Source of the DNA: a bacterium
GTDB taxonomy: Bacteria > UBA8248
DNA length: 64,000 nucleotides
NCBI GenBank assembly: GCA_965202625.1
Contig: CBDBBI010000010.1
Location: forward strand, 96,001-160,000
Reading direction: 5' to 3'
This document shows, piece after piece, positions 29,360-40,015 of this stretch (the stretch's first letter is position 1; each line of letters begins with the position of its first letter). Below the pieces are notes generated by a model. It had not been told where the DNA came from. It saw nothing but the letters and a program-made list of their open reading frames with translations, and did not search any database. Made by a program: the position numbers and the translations under genes.

Positions 29360-30796
29360 TTATACCACTTCCGCTCTGTCGTGGTCGATGGTGTCATGCC
29401 CTCCAGGGTCAACCCAGATTCCCCTGTTCCTGAGTTCCCTCACCGCTCGCGCGACGTCCTCCTCCTCTCCGCGAAATTCACATACCTGCCACCCTGACCG
29501 CGCGCCTATCTCGCTTCTCACGACGTTGATGGAAAATGGATACTTCCTACTGAGTTCCCACAAAATGGGCTTATCGACGCAGTGGCGCGGTAAGGAGAGA
29601 ACTAGTCGGCGACATTTTCGAGATATGGGCGTCGCCTGAATGCCGATTGGTCCGTCGTTTTCAAGTCTCTCGAGAAAGCCGCCGACGACCTCGGTGAGCT
29701 TATCGTATTGAACGAGGAAAGCGTCGTGCCCATAGGTGGATTCCACCGTGTGCAGCTCCACCTTCCGTCCGAGTTTTTGAAGAATTTGGGCGATCTCTAT
29801 GCTTCTCTCCGGCGGGAAGAGCCAGTCGGATATGAAGCATACGAGCATACATTTGGTATTCAGCCGGGAGAGCGACGCTTCGAGACTCTCGAAACCTGCG
29901 GAGGCGTCATACAGGTCCATCATGCGGGATATGTACAGATAGGAGTTTGCGTCGAAGCGCGTGACGAATTTCTCCCCCTGGTGGTCGAGGTAACTCTCCA
30001 CCTCGAATCGAGAGGCGATGTCATCAAGCATCTTGTCCTTGTCGCGAACCTCTCGGCCGAACTTCTCCCACATGATTCCCCTGCTCAAGTAGGTGATGTG
30101 CGCCAGCATGCGCGCCGCACTCAGTCCCTTACGCGGTCCTTGGTCGGGGGCGTAGTCCCCATCTTTCCACTCGTTGTCCGCAGTGATGGCTCTGCGGGCG
30201 ATTTTGTCCCATGCAATTCCCATCGGGTCCAAGCGCGCCGCTCCGGCGACTGGAATGACGGAATCGCAGAAATCACCGTAGCGCAGGCCCCATTCGAGAG
30301 TTTGCATGCCGGCGAGGGAGCCGCCGATCACCGTCTTGAGGCGTTTTACGCCCAGATGCTCGAGGAGCAGCCTATGGACGCGAACCGTGTCCTCCACCGT
30401 GATGACGGGGAAATCCATGTTGTAGACGCTTCCCGTAACGGGATTGATGGAGGTAGGCCCCGTGGTGCCTGAGCAACCTCCCAGATTGTTGGAGGAGACG
30501 ACGAAATATTTTCTTGTGTCGATCGCCTTGCCGGGGCCGATCATCGGGTCCCACCAACCCGAACGCGGATCATCAAGCGTGTGGAAGCCAGCCGCGTGTG
30601 CGTCGCCCGTTAAGGCGTGGACGACCAGAACCGCGTTGTCACCACTGGCGGAGAGCGCACCATACGTCTCGTAAGCGACTCGGACTTCAGGCAACGTCTT
30701 GCCGGAATTGGTCTGTAAGGGCTCAGGAAGGGTGAGCGTCTGTGTTTTCGTCAGTCCGACTGAATCGGGGGATCGGGAGGAACGTTGTTGGCGCAT
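29360..30796 (-). CDS. metX: homoserine O-acetyltransferase with C-terminal NIL domain
   Basis: HALTGD, GWWD, GGSLAGMQ, RFDANSY, SDWLF, GHDAFL; extra C-terminal LSLP...KPILWEL...INV...EFRG. Confidence 0.92.
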   Translation of the reverse strand: MRQQRSSRSPDSVGLTKTQTLTLPEPLQTNSGKTLPEVRVAYETYGALSASGDNAVLVVHALTGDAHAAGFHTLDDPRSGWWDPMIGPGKAIDTRKYFVVSSNNLGGCSGTTGPTSINPVTGSVYNMDFPVITVEDTVRVHRLLLEHLGVKRLKTVIGGSLAGMQTLEWGLRYGDFCDSVIPVAGAARLDPMGIAWDKIARRAITADNEWKDGDYAPDQGPRKGLSAARMLAHITYLSRGIMWEKFGREVRDKDKMLDDIASRFEVESYLDHQGEKFVTRFDANSYLYISRMMDLYDASAGFESLEASLSRLNTKCMLVCFISDWLFPPERSIEIAQILQKLGRKVELHTVESTYGHDAFLVQYDKLTEVVGGFLERLENDGPIGIQATPISRKCRRLVLSLPRHCVDKPILWELSRKYPFSINVVRSEIGARSGWQVCEFRGEEEDVARAVRELRNRGIWVDPGGHDTIDHDRAEVV

Positions 30797-31039
30797 GATC
30801 CGGGACGAGTTCCTTATTCCAAAAACGAGAGTAACTACTGATTTGTAGCAAAATTACGCAGTTTTCACATGCCTGTTCAAGTGGAATGGGCGGTTCGCAC
30901 ACTTTTTCCTTGTTTGTCGGAGGAGTGGTTGCTACATTTTCATCAGCAAAATGATATAGGGCGAATGCTTTGTCGTTTTCTGTTCTAGGGAGGCTGAGGG
31001 CTTGACGCCATATTCGCCGCCGTCCTTTGGGTGTGCCAA

Positions 31040-31828
31040 ATGATAGTTCGTCCATGGGATAACCATGTTCGCCTCATCTCTCAACATGACCACGCTAGGG
31101 CGGCGGGCGCGATTGCGCGAAACTGGATGGGGATCGAATCGCTTCCCCCCCCGCCTGAGGCACTCAGAGAGAAGGTCTTGTTCGCCGTAGACAACCATGA
31201 CGTGGGATGGTGCCGTCCGGACGCCACGCCGACTTTGGACAAAATGACGAACCTGCCCACCAGCTTTTTTGGGATCACGGCCGACAAGGCTATAGAAATA
31301 TGGGCGGAGGGTATTGAGTCCTGCGCGTCTTTTGACCCGTTTTCCGGTTATCTGGTGAGCCTACATTTCACCTCGCTCGCCTCGATCGCCGCCGAAGGAA
31401 GAAGGGGTGCTCCGCAAGAGGTTTGCAATCTGCTGCATGGGTTCATTCACGCAGAAATCAAGCGGCAGGAAAGGCTGGACGCTCTTATCAAGCCGGAGGA
31501 TAGGGGTGCGATCGCGGATTCCGTGTCGCTGCTCCGGGCTTGCGATACGCTATCCCTACTGGCGTGTCGGGCGCCTGAAATCACCTTGCCGGATGACACC
31601 ATTCACCCGTTGGCGCAAAACGGCCTGAAAGTGAAAACCACGAGCGTGGACGATCTACAAATATCTCCGTGGCCGTTCTCCAAACATTCTATCAAATTGC
31701 GAATGCCAGGGTTGGCTATACCGGGCGAGCGTTTCGAGAACGAAAAGGAATTGGCCGAGGCGTTGCCCTTGGCGGAGCCTATCGTGTTTTCTAGCGTTCT
31801 CACGCGAATGCCAGAGCGCGCGCGATGA
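31040..31828 (+). CDS. DUF3891 family protein
   Basis: LISQHDHA, HDVGW, LVSLH, CDTLSL, ISPWPF. Confidence 0.75.
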   Translation: MIVRPWDNHVRLISQHDHARAAGAIARNWMGIESLPPPPEALREKVLFAVDNHDVGWCRPDATPTLDKMTNLPTSFFGITADKAIEIWAEGIESCASFDPFSGYLVSLHFTSLASIAAEGRRGAPQEVCNLLHGFIHAEIKRQERLDALIKPEDRGAIADSVSLLRACDTLSLLACRAPEITLPDDTIHPLAQNGLKVKTTSVDDLQISPWPFSKHSIKLRMPGLAIPGERFENEKELAEALPLAEPIVFSSVLTRMPERAR

Positions 31829-31859
31829 AGCCGCCCGGAACGAGGCTCAAGGCTCGTGA

Positions 31860-32273
31860 ATGAAAGGTGAAGCCCCCATTCTAGAGCTGGACGTCGTCGC
31901 CGGGCTTATCTGGAACAAGGGGCGGGTTCTCATTTGTCAGCGTCCGATGGGCGGGCACATGCCCGGTCTCTGGGAGTTTCCCGGCGGCAAGATAGAGCGT
32001 GGCGAGAATCCTCGGGAAGCCTTGCGCCGAGAGATTCGCGAGGAGCTGGGGCTTGAGGTGTGCGTCGGCCATATTCTTTGGGAGACGCGTCATCGCTACC
32101 CTGATCGAGAAGTTCGCCTTCGTTTCTACAATGGCGATTGGCGAAGCGGGACGGCACGAAATCTGGGTGTGAGCAGACATGAATGGGCGCTTCCCTCCTC
32201 TTTGGGGGATTTTGATTTCTTGCCAGCCGACGCCCCTTTGATAGAATCTCTTATGAATGACGAAATGGAATGA
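31860..32273 (+). CDS. MutT-like NUDIX (d)NTP pyrophosphohydrolase
   Basis: WEFPGGKIERGE....ALRREIREELG, FLPAD. Confidence 0.92.
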   Translation: MKGEAPILELDVVAGLIWNKGRVLICQRPMGGHMPGLWEFPGGKIERGENPREALRREIREELGLEVCVGHILWETRHRYPDREVRLRFYNGDWRSGTARNLGVSRHEWALPSSLGDFDFLPADAPLIESLMNDEME

Positions 32274-32462
32274 CCGCATGGACTTGCTAACGCCTGTTGA
32301 TAGGTTTTTTCGCGGCGAGTGAGCAGGATCGGAGCAGACCCGCCAGCCGGCGACCTTTGGAGGGGCGGTGGAAAATAGCGAGAATACCTTGAAGGCAGTT
32401 GTAGAATATATCCGGGCAAGCCCACCGCCTCTACACCTGAGAAAAAAACGCGATGGCGAGAA

Positions 32463-32672
32463 TCAGTATTCTTGTCGTTTCGTCACGTTCGCCGCCTGAA
32501 GCCCTTTGGCCCCTCGGGTGACCTCAAACGTAACCTTCTCGCCTTCTTTCAGCGCCTTGAATCCTTCCTCGGCGATGGCGGAAAAATGAACGAATATGTC
32601 GTCGCCGTCTTTTCGAGAGATAAACCCATACCCCTTTTTGTCGCTAAACCACTTCACAGTTCCCTCTGACAC
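32463..32672 (-). CDS. cold-shock protein (CspA family)
   Basis: [26 protein letters not shown]; GTG start. Confidence 0.97.
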   Translation of the reverse strand: MSEGTVKWFSDKKGYGFISRKDGDDIFVHFSAIAEEGFKALKEGEKVTFEVTRGAKGLQAANVTKRQEY

Positions 32673-32839
32673 TTAGCATTCTCCCGAGCGAGACCCCTTT
32701 CTGGGTCGAGGACTTGAATGCCCAAGTAGCCTTGTCTGGGCATTTGAGGTTCGTGGGGAAGTTCAGATTTCCCCGCCTAAAATTAGATAGCGATAAAATG
32801 CGTCGTTGGGGGTCTCGTGTGAAGCGGCATTATTTTTTA

Positions 32840-34465
32840 TTATTCCGCACGAATGTCCTTTGAGCCGACGTAGCCATCGGGATTGATGACGGCGTCGATG
32901 ACCCAGGGCCTGTCAGATGCGAACGCCCGTCTGAGCGCGTCTTCGAGCCCTTTTTCCGTATCAACCCTCTCGCCCTCGCAGCCCAGTCCCCTTGCTACGG
33001 CCGCATAGTCGGAAGCGCGGAATTCGGTCCCATGACGGGGGAAAGAGCGATTGTCCTGCTTGATCTTGATCAGGTTCAGGTAGCCGTCATTGAATACGAC
33101 TACGACGAAGGGGACGTTTTCCCGAACGGCGACTTCCATGTCGCCAATCCGCATGAGAAAGCCGCCGTCTCCCGTCAGGCAAAGAACGGGAGTGTTTGGC
33201 TCCGTCATTTTGGCGGCCATGGCGGCCGGTATGGCGACCGCCATGGAACCGAGTCCGCTGGAAGTCAGATAGCCTAGAGGACGTCTCGTTTCCCAGATGT
33301 CGTTGGCCAGAACTTTGTGACTCCCTGCGTCCGCGGCCATGATGCCGTTGTCGGCGAGACGTTCCCGGGCGAGGCGGAGGACGGCCCCGGGCATCAGGCC
33401 CTCTCCTGTGGGAAATAGTGCGGATTGCCGCATTTTTTTGTAGGAGTCCATTTCTTCGGTGTTCCATGCGTGGGTGGCGGAGACCGAGGCGCTCAGCGCT
33501 CTCAAGGCGTCGGCGAGATGGGCGACGACCTCGATTTCGGGCCGAATCAAATCGTCGAGATGCGGCACCTCGTCCAGGTTGATCACCTGTTGCGGATAGT
33601 CCCAATATCCGGGGGCAAACACTTCCACTGTGTCGAAGCCCACCAGAAGAAAGAGGTCTGATTTGTCTATCAATTCCCGTTCAGCGGGCGCGCCGCGAAA
33701 GGTGCCCATAGCGAGGGGGTGATTTTCCGGCAAGACGCCCTTTGCCGCAGGAGAGGCGAGAACCGGGGCGCCGAGCTTGTCCGCGAAGGAGACGAATTGC
33801 TTCTCCGCCTCCCGTCCCGAGCGGTTTACCTGAAGACCCGCTATCACTATCGGATTTTTCGACTCGGCTATCGCGGCGATGATCGCGGTGATTCCGGAAT
33901 GAGCCGAACCGATGCGGCCAACGTATTTTTGGGGCTTCTCCTTCGGCGGAAAATCATCTTCACCCGCGCTCGCCAAAATGACGTCGTATGGGAGGTCGAC
34001 GTGCACGGGCCCCGGTCTTCCGTGCGTGGCCAGGGCGAAAGCGCGCCGGATGGTAGTGGCGGCGTTGTCTTTCGCGAGCTGGAAGGTGCCTTTCGTGATG
34101 GGACGGAACAGGCGATCCTGCTCAATCTTCTGTCGGCCCTGGCGGCGAAATTGCTCATCGGAGAAGCGATCGGTTAGGATGAGGCATGGCGCGCGTTCAA
34201 GATAACTGTTCGCCACGCCATGGACGACAGCTGCCGCGCCTGGCCCGACCCCCGTGCTTACGATCCCCGGTCGTCCCGTGAGGACACCATAGGTCCCCGC
34301 CTTCACGGCCGCGCTGCTCTCGTTGCTACAAAGGACGTATCGTATGCTGCGCTTTCTGGCCGCTTCGATGAGCTCCACGGAGCTCAGGCTTCCCGGAACC
34401 CCGAAGATGAATTCGATCCCCGCGTCCTGAATGACGTCCGCCACCACGTCCGCATACGTAGGCAT
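32840..34465 (-). CDS. thiamine pyrophosphate-binding enzyme (acetolactate synthase-like)
   Basis: FGVPG, NE, GPG, GRPGPVH, GLGSM, GDGGF...NDG. Confidence 0.9.
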   Translation of the reverse strand: MPTYADVVADVIQDAGIEFIFGVPGSLSSVELIEAARKRSIRYVLCSNESSAAVKAGTYGVLTGRPGIVSTGVGPGAAAVVHGVANSYLERAPCLILTDRFSDEQFRRQGRQKIEQDRLFRPITKGTFQLAKDNAATTIRRAFALATHGRPGPVHVDLPYDVILASAGEDDFPPKEKPQKYVGRIGSAHSGITAIIAAIAESKNPIVIAGLQVNRSGREAEKQFVSFADKLGAPVLASPAAKGVLPENHPLAMGTFRGAPAERELIDKSDLFLLVGFDTVEVFAPGYWDYPQQVINLDEVPHLDDLIRPEIEVVAHLADALRALSASVSATHAWNTEEMDSYKKMRQSALFPTGEGLMPGAVLRLARERLADNGIMAADAGSHKVLANDIWETRRPLGYLTSSGLGSMAVAIPAAMAAKMTEPNTPVLCLTGDGGFLMRIGDMEVAVRENVPFVVVVFNDGYLNLIKIKQDNRSFPRHGTEFRASDYAAVARGLGCEGERVDTEKGLEDALRRAFASDRPWVIDAVINPDGYVGSKDIRAE

Positions 34466-34562
34466 AGGATTCCTCCCGTCGAGCGTAAATTGTGAATATA
34501 TGCGAGCAATAATATCATATTTGGCAGGAACGGGAGATGACCACTTGAGAAGGGGTGACGTT

Positions 34563-35441
34563 TTGTCTTTGAGCGATTCTCAGCTCGAGGCCGTTTGTCA
34601 GTTGCTGGGCGATGGCTCGGCGAGCGTGGCGAGGGTTTTAGATCGCAAGGTTTCGGAGTTCTCGGTCGAGGAGTGTGAGAGACTCCTTGTGATGCTGAAA
34701 GGGCGCGCGGCGCAGGGGTGCACGTTGCCGCCCTCGCTCATGCGTTTTCACTACCGGCGCATTGAAGCCGCTTTTTCGGATTGGTCTCTTTCTCCCATGC
34801 AGGGGACGGATCTGGAGGATGCGTGTTTTTTGCTGGCGTCCTTCGGCTGTCCGCTCGAAGACATGGAAATGAAAAAAGACGAGCTCCTGCAGATGGAGAA
34901 TCACTTGCGCAAGCGTCTTGAGGGGCTAAGCGGGGCACGCGCGATTCTCACTGAAATGGTGGAATACTTGCACAGCGACCTACGGTTCGACGGCGACCGA
35001 GAGAATTATTATGCCGCGCGAAACAGCTTCATCAATTGCGTGCTGGAGCGTAGGCGCGGCATTCCTATATCGCTCTGTGCCCTCTATCTCATTCTCGCCA
35101 GGCGGCTGGGTCTTCCGCTTCATGGCGTCGGAATGCCGGGACATTTTATCGTGAAATACCAGACTGCGGAGGAACCCATATTCCTTGATCCCTTTGAGCG
35201 GGGAAAGCACCTAAGCGTGAGGGATTGCGCGGCGGTTGTAAGGAGACTCGGCTACCATTTTGAGGCGCGGTTTTTGCGGGAAACACAGCCTCACCGCATC
35301 GTCGAAAGAATGCTCAACAATTTGATCGCGATTTACAATCGAGATGGCGAGAATGAGAAGGCGGGCTGTTTGCTCCGTTGTCTTGAACTGGTGCGAAAGG
35401 GACGAGAGCTCCGTAAAACGTCGAGGGACAAGACGGCGTGA
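34563..35441 (+). CDS. SirB1/transglutaminase-like (YchA) protein
   Basis: FDGD..NYY...NSFIN.VL..RRGIPISL, GVGMPGHF, DPF, RMLNNL; TTG start assumed. Confidence 0.85.
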   Translation: MSLSDSQLEAVCQLLGDGSASVARVLDRKVSEFSVEECERLLVMLKGRAAQGCTLPPSLMRFHYRRIEAAFSDWSLSPMQGTDLEDACFLLASFGCPLEDMEMKKDELLQMENHLRKRLEGLSGARAILTEMVEYLHSDLRFDGDRENYYAARNSFINCVLERRRGIPISLCALYLILARRLGLPLHGVGMPGHFIVKYQTAEEPIFLDPFERGKHLSVRDCAAVVRRLGYHFEARFLRETQPHRIVERMLNNLIAIYNRDGENEKAGCLLRCLELVRKGRELRKTSRDKTA

Positions 35442-35992
35442 ATGATTTTAGGCTGGCTGAAAACCTGGCGTTCGAGGGCCAACCGAACCGAGAAGGTATG
35501 GAGTCTCTGGCGAGCAGGGGAAAGGCGATTCTGAACTTACGCTTGGTCTATGAGGGGGAGGCGTAAAGAAAAGCGGCCCAGTCCTTGGGGATGCATTTCG
35601 CGTATGTTCTCGTGAGCGGAGAGACTGATGAGCGATGCGCTGGCAGAGGAAATTCACAAGGGCTTCGGAAGGCCGCAAAAGACGGATCGCTCTTCCTCCA
35701 TTGGAAGAGCATGGGCGGACCGGTATTCGCCCACGCATCCACCTAGTGGAGGAGAACGAAGTCGGCGGAGGGGAGACGCTGTGAAGAACTAAATAGGTGG
35801 GACTTGAATGGGTGCCTCCTCCACCGGTGCATATTTTGAAAGGCTCGCTAGTTAAAGGAAGTAAAAGTGACGAGGGGCGTCCGTCATTCGAAAAACGCCG
35901 AACGCAATGTTCTGCGTCACCGCGCATCCGCCCGGGGCGCATGAATCGGCCACTTGAGGCGACCTCCTGTTCTCAATGCGCTATCTTTTTTG

Positions 35993-37684
35993 TCATTCGT
36001 CCGTTACGCATCCTTGGGAGGCGGAAGAGACGCATTTGGCGTATTTATAGAGTGTGCCTTTGGTGAATTTGGGCGCGGGCGCGCGCCAGTTCTTGCGGCG
36101 CCTCGCTATTTCTTCATCCGATACGTTCATCTCCATTACGCGCTTGCGGGCGTCGATCACAATGGGGTCATCGTCCTCTGCGAGGGCGAGGAGGCCGCCG
36201 GTCTGGGCTTCGGGGGTGACGTGCCCGACGACGAAGCCGTGTGTTCCGCCCGAAAACCTGCCGTCCGTGATGAGTGCTAGATCGTCGCCCAGGCCCGCCC
36301 CGATGATGGCGGATGTCACTGTGAGCATCTCTCGCATTCCGGGGCCGCCCTTAGGACCTTCATAGCGAATAATGACGACGTCCCCTTTTTTGATCTTGTT
36401 TTCCTCCAACCCTTTTAGGGCGTCTTCCTCGGAGTCGAAACAGCGCGCGGGCCCCTTGAAGCGCTCCCCCTCCTTGCCTGTGATCTTGGCAACTGCGCCC
36501 TCGCTGGCGAGGTTGCCATAGAGAATCTGGAGGTGTCCTGTTCTCTTGATGGGAGAGGAGAGCGGCGCGATCACCTTCTGACCCGTGTGGAGTTCGGGCA
36601 AGGTCTCGAGGTTCTCGGCGAGCGTTCTGCCCGTGACGGTGAGGCAATCGCCGTGGAGCAGACCTTCTTTGAGGAGAAGTTTCTGAACGCCCGGCACGCC
36701 GCCCACGTTGTGAAGGTCTTCCATGACAAATCGTCCGCTGGGCTTCAAGTCCGCCACATAGGGCGTTCTGTCGCTAATCGCCTGAAAATCGTCAATCGTG
36801 AGTTCGACTCCCACCGCCTTGGCGATGGCGACGTAGTGCAGGACGGCGTTGGTTGATCCGCCTAGGGCCATGATGATGGTGAGCGCGTTCTCGAACGCCT
36901 CCCTCGTCATGATGTCGCTGGGTTTGATGTCGTGCTCGATCAGATTATAGATGGCTCTTCCCACGTCGAGGCACTCGTTTTTTTTCGCCTCGCTCATGGC
37001 AGGATTCGATGCGCTGTAGGGCAGGCTCATGCCCAGCGTCTCAATGGATGAGGACATCGTATTCGCCGTATACATGCCCCCGCAGGCCCCCCCGCCCGGG
37101 CAGGCGTTGCGGATCACCGACTGAAAGCGTGCCTCGTCGATCTTCTCGGAGAAATACTCACCATACGCTTGGAAGGCAGACACCACGTCCAGCTTCTCCC
37201 CGTTCAAGAACCCTGGGCTGATGGTGCCGCCATAGACCATCAGGCTGGGGCGGTTGAGCCGCGCCATAGCGATGATGGAGCCGGGCATGTTTTTGTCGCA
37301 TCCGGGAAGGGTGACCAAAGCGTCGTACCATTGCGCGCCGACGACGGTCTCTATCGAATCGGCGATGAGATCACGAGATTGTAAGGAGTATTTCATCCCT
37401 TCCGTTCCCATGGAGATTCCGTCGCTCACCCCGATCGTGTTGAATATGAGTCCCACCATTTTTTTCTCGGCATTCACGCTTTGCTTGACGTATTCGGCGA
37501 GCCGGTTGAGATGAAAATTGCAGGAATTTCCCTCCCACCACATGCTAGCGATGCCCACTTGGGGGTTTTTCATGTCCCTTTCATCCAGCCCCGCGCCATA
37601 GAGCATAGCTTGGGAGGCAGCCTGGGAGGGCGGCTGGGTGATGCGCTGGCTGAAGCGGTTCAAGGCTGTTGTCTGCTCCGTCAT
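35993..37684 (-). CDS. ilvD: dihydroxy-acid dehydratase
   Basis: [50 protein letters not shown]; start MTEQ after AAGGAG. Confidence 0.96.
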   Translation of the reverse strand: MTEQTTALNRFSQRITQPPSQAASQAMLYGAGLDERDMKNPQVGIASMWWEGNSCNFHLNRLAEYVKQSVNAEKKMVGLIFNTIGVSDGISMGTEGMKYSLQSRDLIADSIETVVGAQWYDALVTLPGCDKNMPGSIIAMARLNRPSLMVYGGTISPGFLNGEKLDVVSAFQAYGEYFSEKIDEARFQSVIRNACPGGGACGGMYTANTMSSSIETLGMSLPYSASNPAMSEAKKNECLDVGRAIYNLIEHDIKPSDIMTREAFENALTIIMALGGSTNAVLHYVAIAKAVGVELTIDDFQAISDRTPYVADLKPSGRFVMEDLHNVGGVPGVQKLLLKEGLLHGDCLTVTGRTLAENLETLPELHTGQKVIAPLSSPIKRTGHLQILYGNLASEGAVAKITGKEGERFKGPARCFDSEEDALKGLEENKIKKGDVVIIRYEGPKGGPGMREMLTVTSAIIGAGLGDDLALITDGRFSGGTHGFVVGHVTPEAQTGGLLALAEDDDPIVIDARKRVMEMNVSDEEIARRRKNWRAPAPKFTKGTLYKYAKCVSSASQGCVTDE

Positions 37685-38280
37685 GTTCTTCTCTCCTTGT
37701 CGTCTTGATGGTGAAAGCGATTCAAAGTCCGTTGCGCGATGGTTCCCGCGCAGCAGCCAGCCGTAATTGTGGTCGCCCGTGTGCGCGCAACCTCCCACCC
37801 TCCCCCAAAGCGGAGACATCATGGATGACTCTATCACAGCCTCAGAAAAATCATGGGGAAAGGTGTGAGAGTGATGTGAGTGAAGAAGATTTACTCTCGG
37901 GTCTTTGTGGTTTGTTTCTCGCAGAGGTGGAGACGGGTGATCGAGTGGCAGTTTTGCGACGTTTGCTCTTGGTTGTTTCACGATGATTCGGTTCTTGGGT
38001 TCTGCTCGCCGATGGACGCGGTTTGGTGATCGTGGTTCGATTCCTTTCTTGGCTCTGCGTTGTCGGGAATGCGCGTGTCCAGAGCAATAGCGGGGGATGC
38101 AACGGGTGGGCGCGCGCAATACCGCTGGAGAGTCATACCCGGACTTCTCCTGTTAGGCTTCACGCGCTTGGCGCTTTGTCCCTATCTCTTGAGTGAAGCG
38201 GCGTTGGAAGATTATGCGGTGCGCGGCCGCGTTTTTGGTTTTTGGGCTTCGCATCTTCGTGTTGTTCATAGATTTCGTTC

Positions 38281-39009
38281 TCAAGGCGTTTGCACTAGGT
38301 CGCGCTTGATGTGAACCCGTTTCTGGGGGTATTCGCGCCGTCGGTCCAGACGCTGGGCGTCCAACGGCTGAGAGCAGGCGTCGCGTGCACTCGCCCCGTG
38401 AGCGATTTCTATGCCGTCAATGAATCCATCGCCGTCGCTGTCGGCGAGGAGCGGACTCAATCCGCGCGCTATTTCATCCCCGTCGTCAAGAAGATCCCCA
38501 TCTGTGTCCGCCTTGAGCGGGTTGGTTCGATAGCGACGGATTTCCAGTCCGTCAAAGACGTTGTCCCCGTCCGTGTCGGCGTCATGCGGTTTCGTGCGAT
38601 GCTCGCGACGCTCGGCGACGTCGGTGAGGCCATCGCCGTCGCTGTCCACGCATTGTTTTTTTTGCATCTTTTCGTTCGCGTGGCGGATCGCCGCACGCGC
38701 TCGTATCATGAATCGGGTCAGTTGTGCTATATTAGCAGTCCTTCGTTCTTCCAGCGTCTGATAGACGGCAAACCGCGCCACCCCGAAGCGCACGGGAGCG
38801 CAAAGCTCCAGCTCCCCTTCGTGGTCGAGCTGATCGAACTCGCGCGTCAACCGCGTGAATTCCTGCGCGATGGCGTCTCTCAAAATTTTGGCGGAACTCG
38901 CTTTTGGTCTGGAGAATGCGAAATGGCCGCAGCCGCTCAGAGCGATTCCAGCGGCGAGCAGGGTGAGGAGTGTCTTCAGGCTGGACGAACGTCTTGTCGC
39001 GTCAGACAA
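38281..39009 (-). CDS. lipoprotein with Ca-binding DxDGDG (TSP3-like) repeats
   Basis: LSG-C lipobox; DSDGDGLTD, DTDGDNVFD, DTDGDLLDD, DSDGDGFID. Confidence 0.75.
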   Translation of the reverse strand: MSDATRRSSSLKTLLTLLAAGIALSGCGHFAFSRPKASSAKILRDAIAQEFTRLTREFDQLDHEGELELCAPVRFGVARFAVYQTLEERRTANIAQLTRFMIRARAAIRHANEKMQKKQCVDSDGDGLTDVAERREHRTKPHDADTDGDNVFDGLEIRRYRTNPLKADTDGDLLDDGDEIARGLSPLLADSDGDGFIDGIEIAHGASARDACSQPLDAQRLDRRREYPQKRVHIKRDLVQTP

Positions 39010-39138
39010 TTTTTCGCCCCCCGATTCGTCTCTCTCTGGTTTGCGTCCTATTCGCGCGTATCATACATCAACAGGCGGCGGGGTTTCACGCATCACGTTT
39101 GTTGTCGTTATCCGTTTTCTGTGACTTTCAACCTGGGG

Positions 39139-39824
39139 CTGGAACCGTTTAGTGACTTTGTGAAAAGGCGCATCGAAAAGGCGGCGGCCTGTGTTTTGGA
39201 ATCATGGTCGACAGTGTGCCTCACCGGTGCAGGAGTGAGCCCGGAGAGTGGCATACCTGATTTCAGGCCCAGGGCGGAATTTGCAATCGGTTCGACCCGA
39301 AGGATTTTGACATTCGCCGCTTTCTAGCCTCAGATGAAATTCAAAGACGCTACTGGAAAGTCGTTTAGGATCGATACGCGCTGGTTCGAGCCACCTCCCC
39401 CTCCGAGGGTATATCGCTTTGCGAAATTGTCCTTTCCTGATCGTCTGTCTCTGCTCGTGAAGCAAAATACGGATGAACCTCATCAGAAGGCGAAGTATGG
39501 ACCCGTGCAAGGTCGTGAAGTTGCATGGGACTAGTCATTGGTGCGTTTACACTGGTTACTGCGCCAGATTTCCTCGCCCCGAAGCGCACGCGCGGGTACA
39601 GAGCGGCGAGGCGCTACCCCAAATGCGGGGATTGCGGATGTCCCCTGAAGCCGGATGCGATTTTCTTTGTTGAGGGTCTGTTTCCTGATAAGTTATCATT
39701 TGCTCTTGAAGTGCCTTGCCGGGCGGAGGTGTTCCTAGTCGCCGGCTCGTCGTTGGTGAAATCTCCACGCGCTTCCACCCCAAGGTGGATATACGGATTT
39801 AGGGAAGAACGGGCGAGATTTTGA
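39139..39824 (+). pseudogene. NAD-dependent deacylase (CobB/Sir2) pseudogene
   Basis: TGAGVS.ESGIPDFR / QNTD..HQKA / LHG / C..CG..LKP...F / GSSL in different frames with stops. Confidence 0.85.
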
Positions 39825-40015
39825 CCGCGGAGATGGTTCTCGCCCGAGCGGCTTCAGAATATGGATTTTTGATCTTCAAACCTTATGGTGATAGAGTCGC
39901 CCTTGCGTCCTGGAAGCATCACCGGATTTTAGCGGCCATGAATTGTCGGGGTGATGGAATGTCTCGTGATGCCCCTGCTGGGACGTTTCGCGCATCGGAA
40001 TTGTGAATAGGAGGG

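Noticed and set aside
30797-31030. SAM riboswitch upstream of metX
   Set aside because: No SAM-I/II core motifs recognised; only a spaced TGTAGCAA/TTGCTACA inverted pair of uncertain meaning.
37685-38119. 145-aa N-terminal extension of IlvD, or an Ile/Leu/Val attenuator leader
   Set aside because: A good RBS precedes ATG 37684, the extension is not domain-like, and I found no BCAA-rich leader peptide or terminator.
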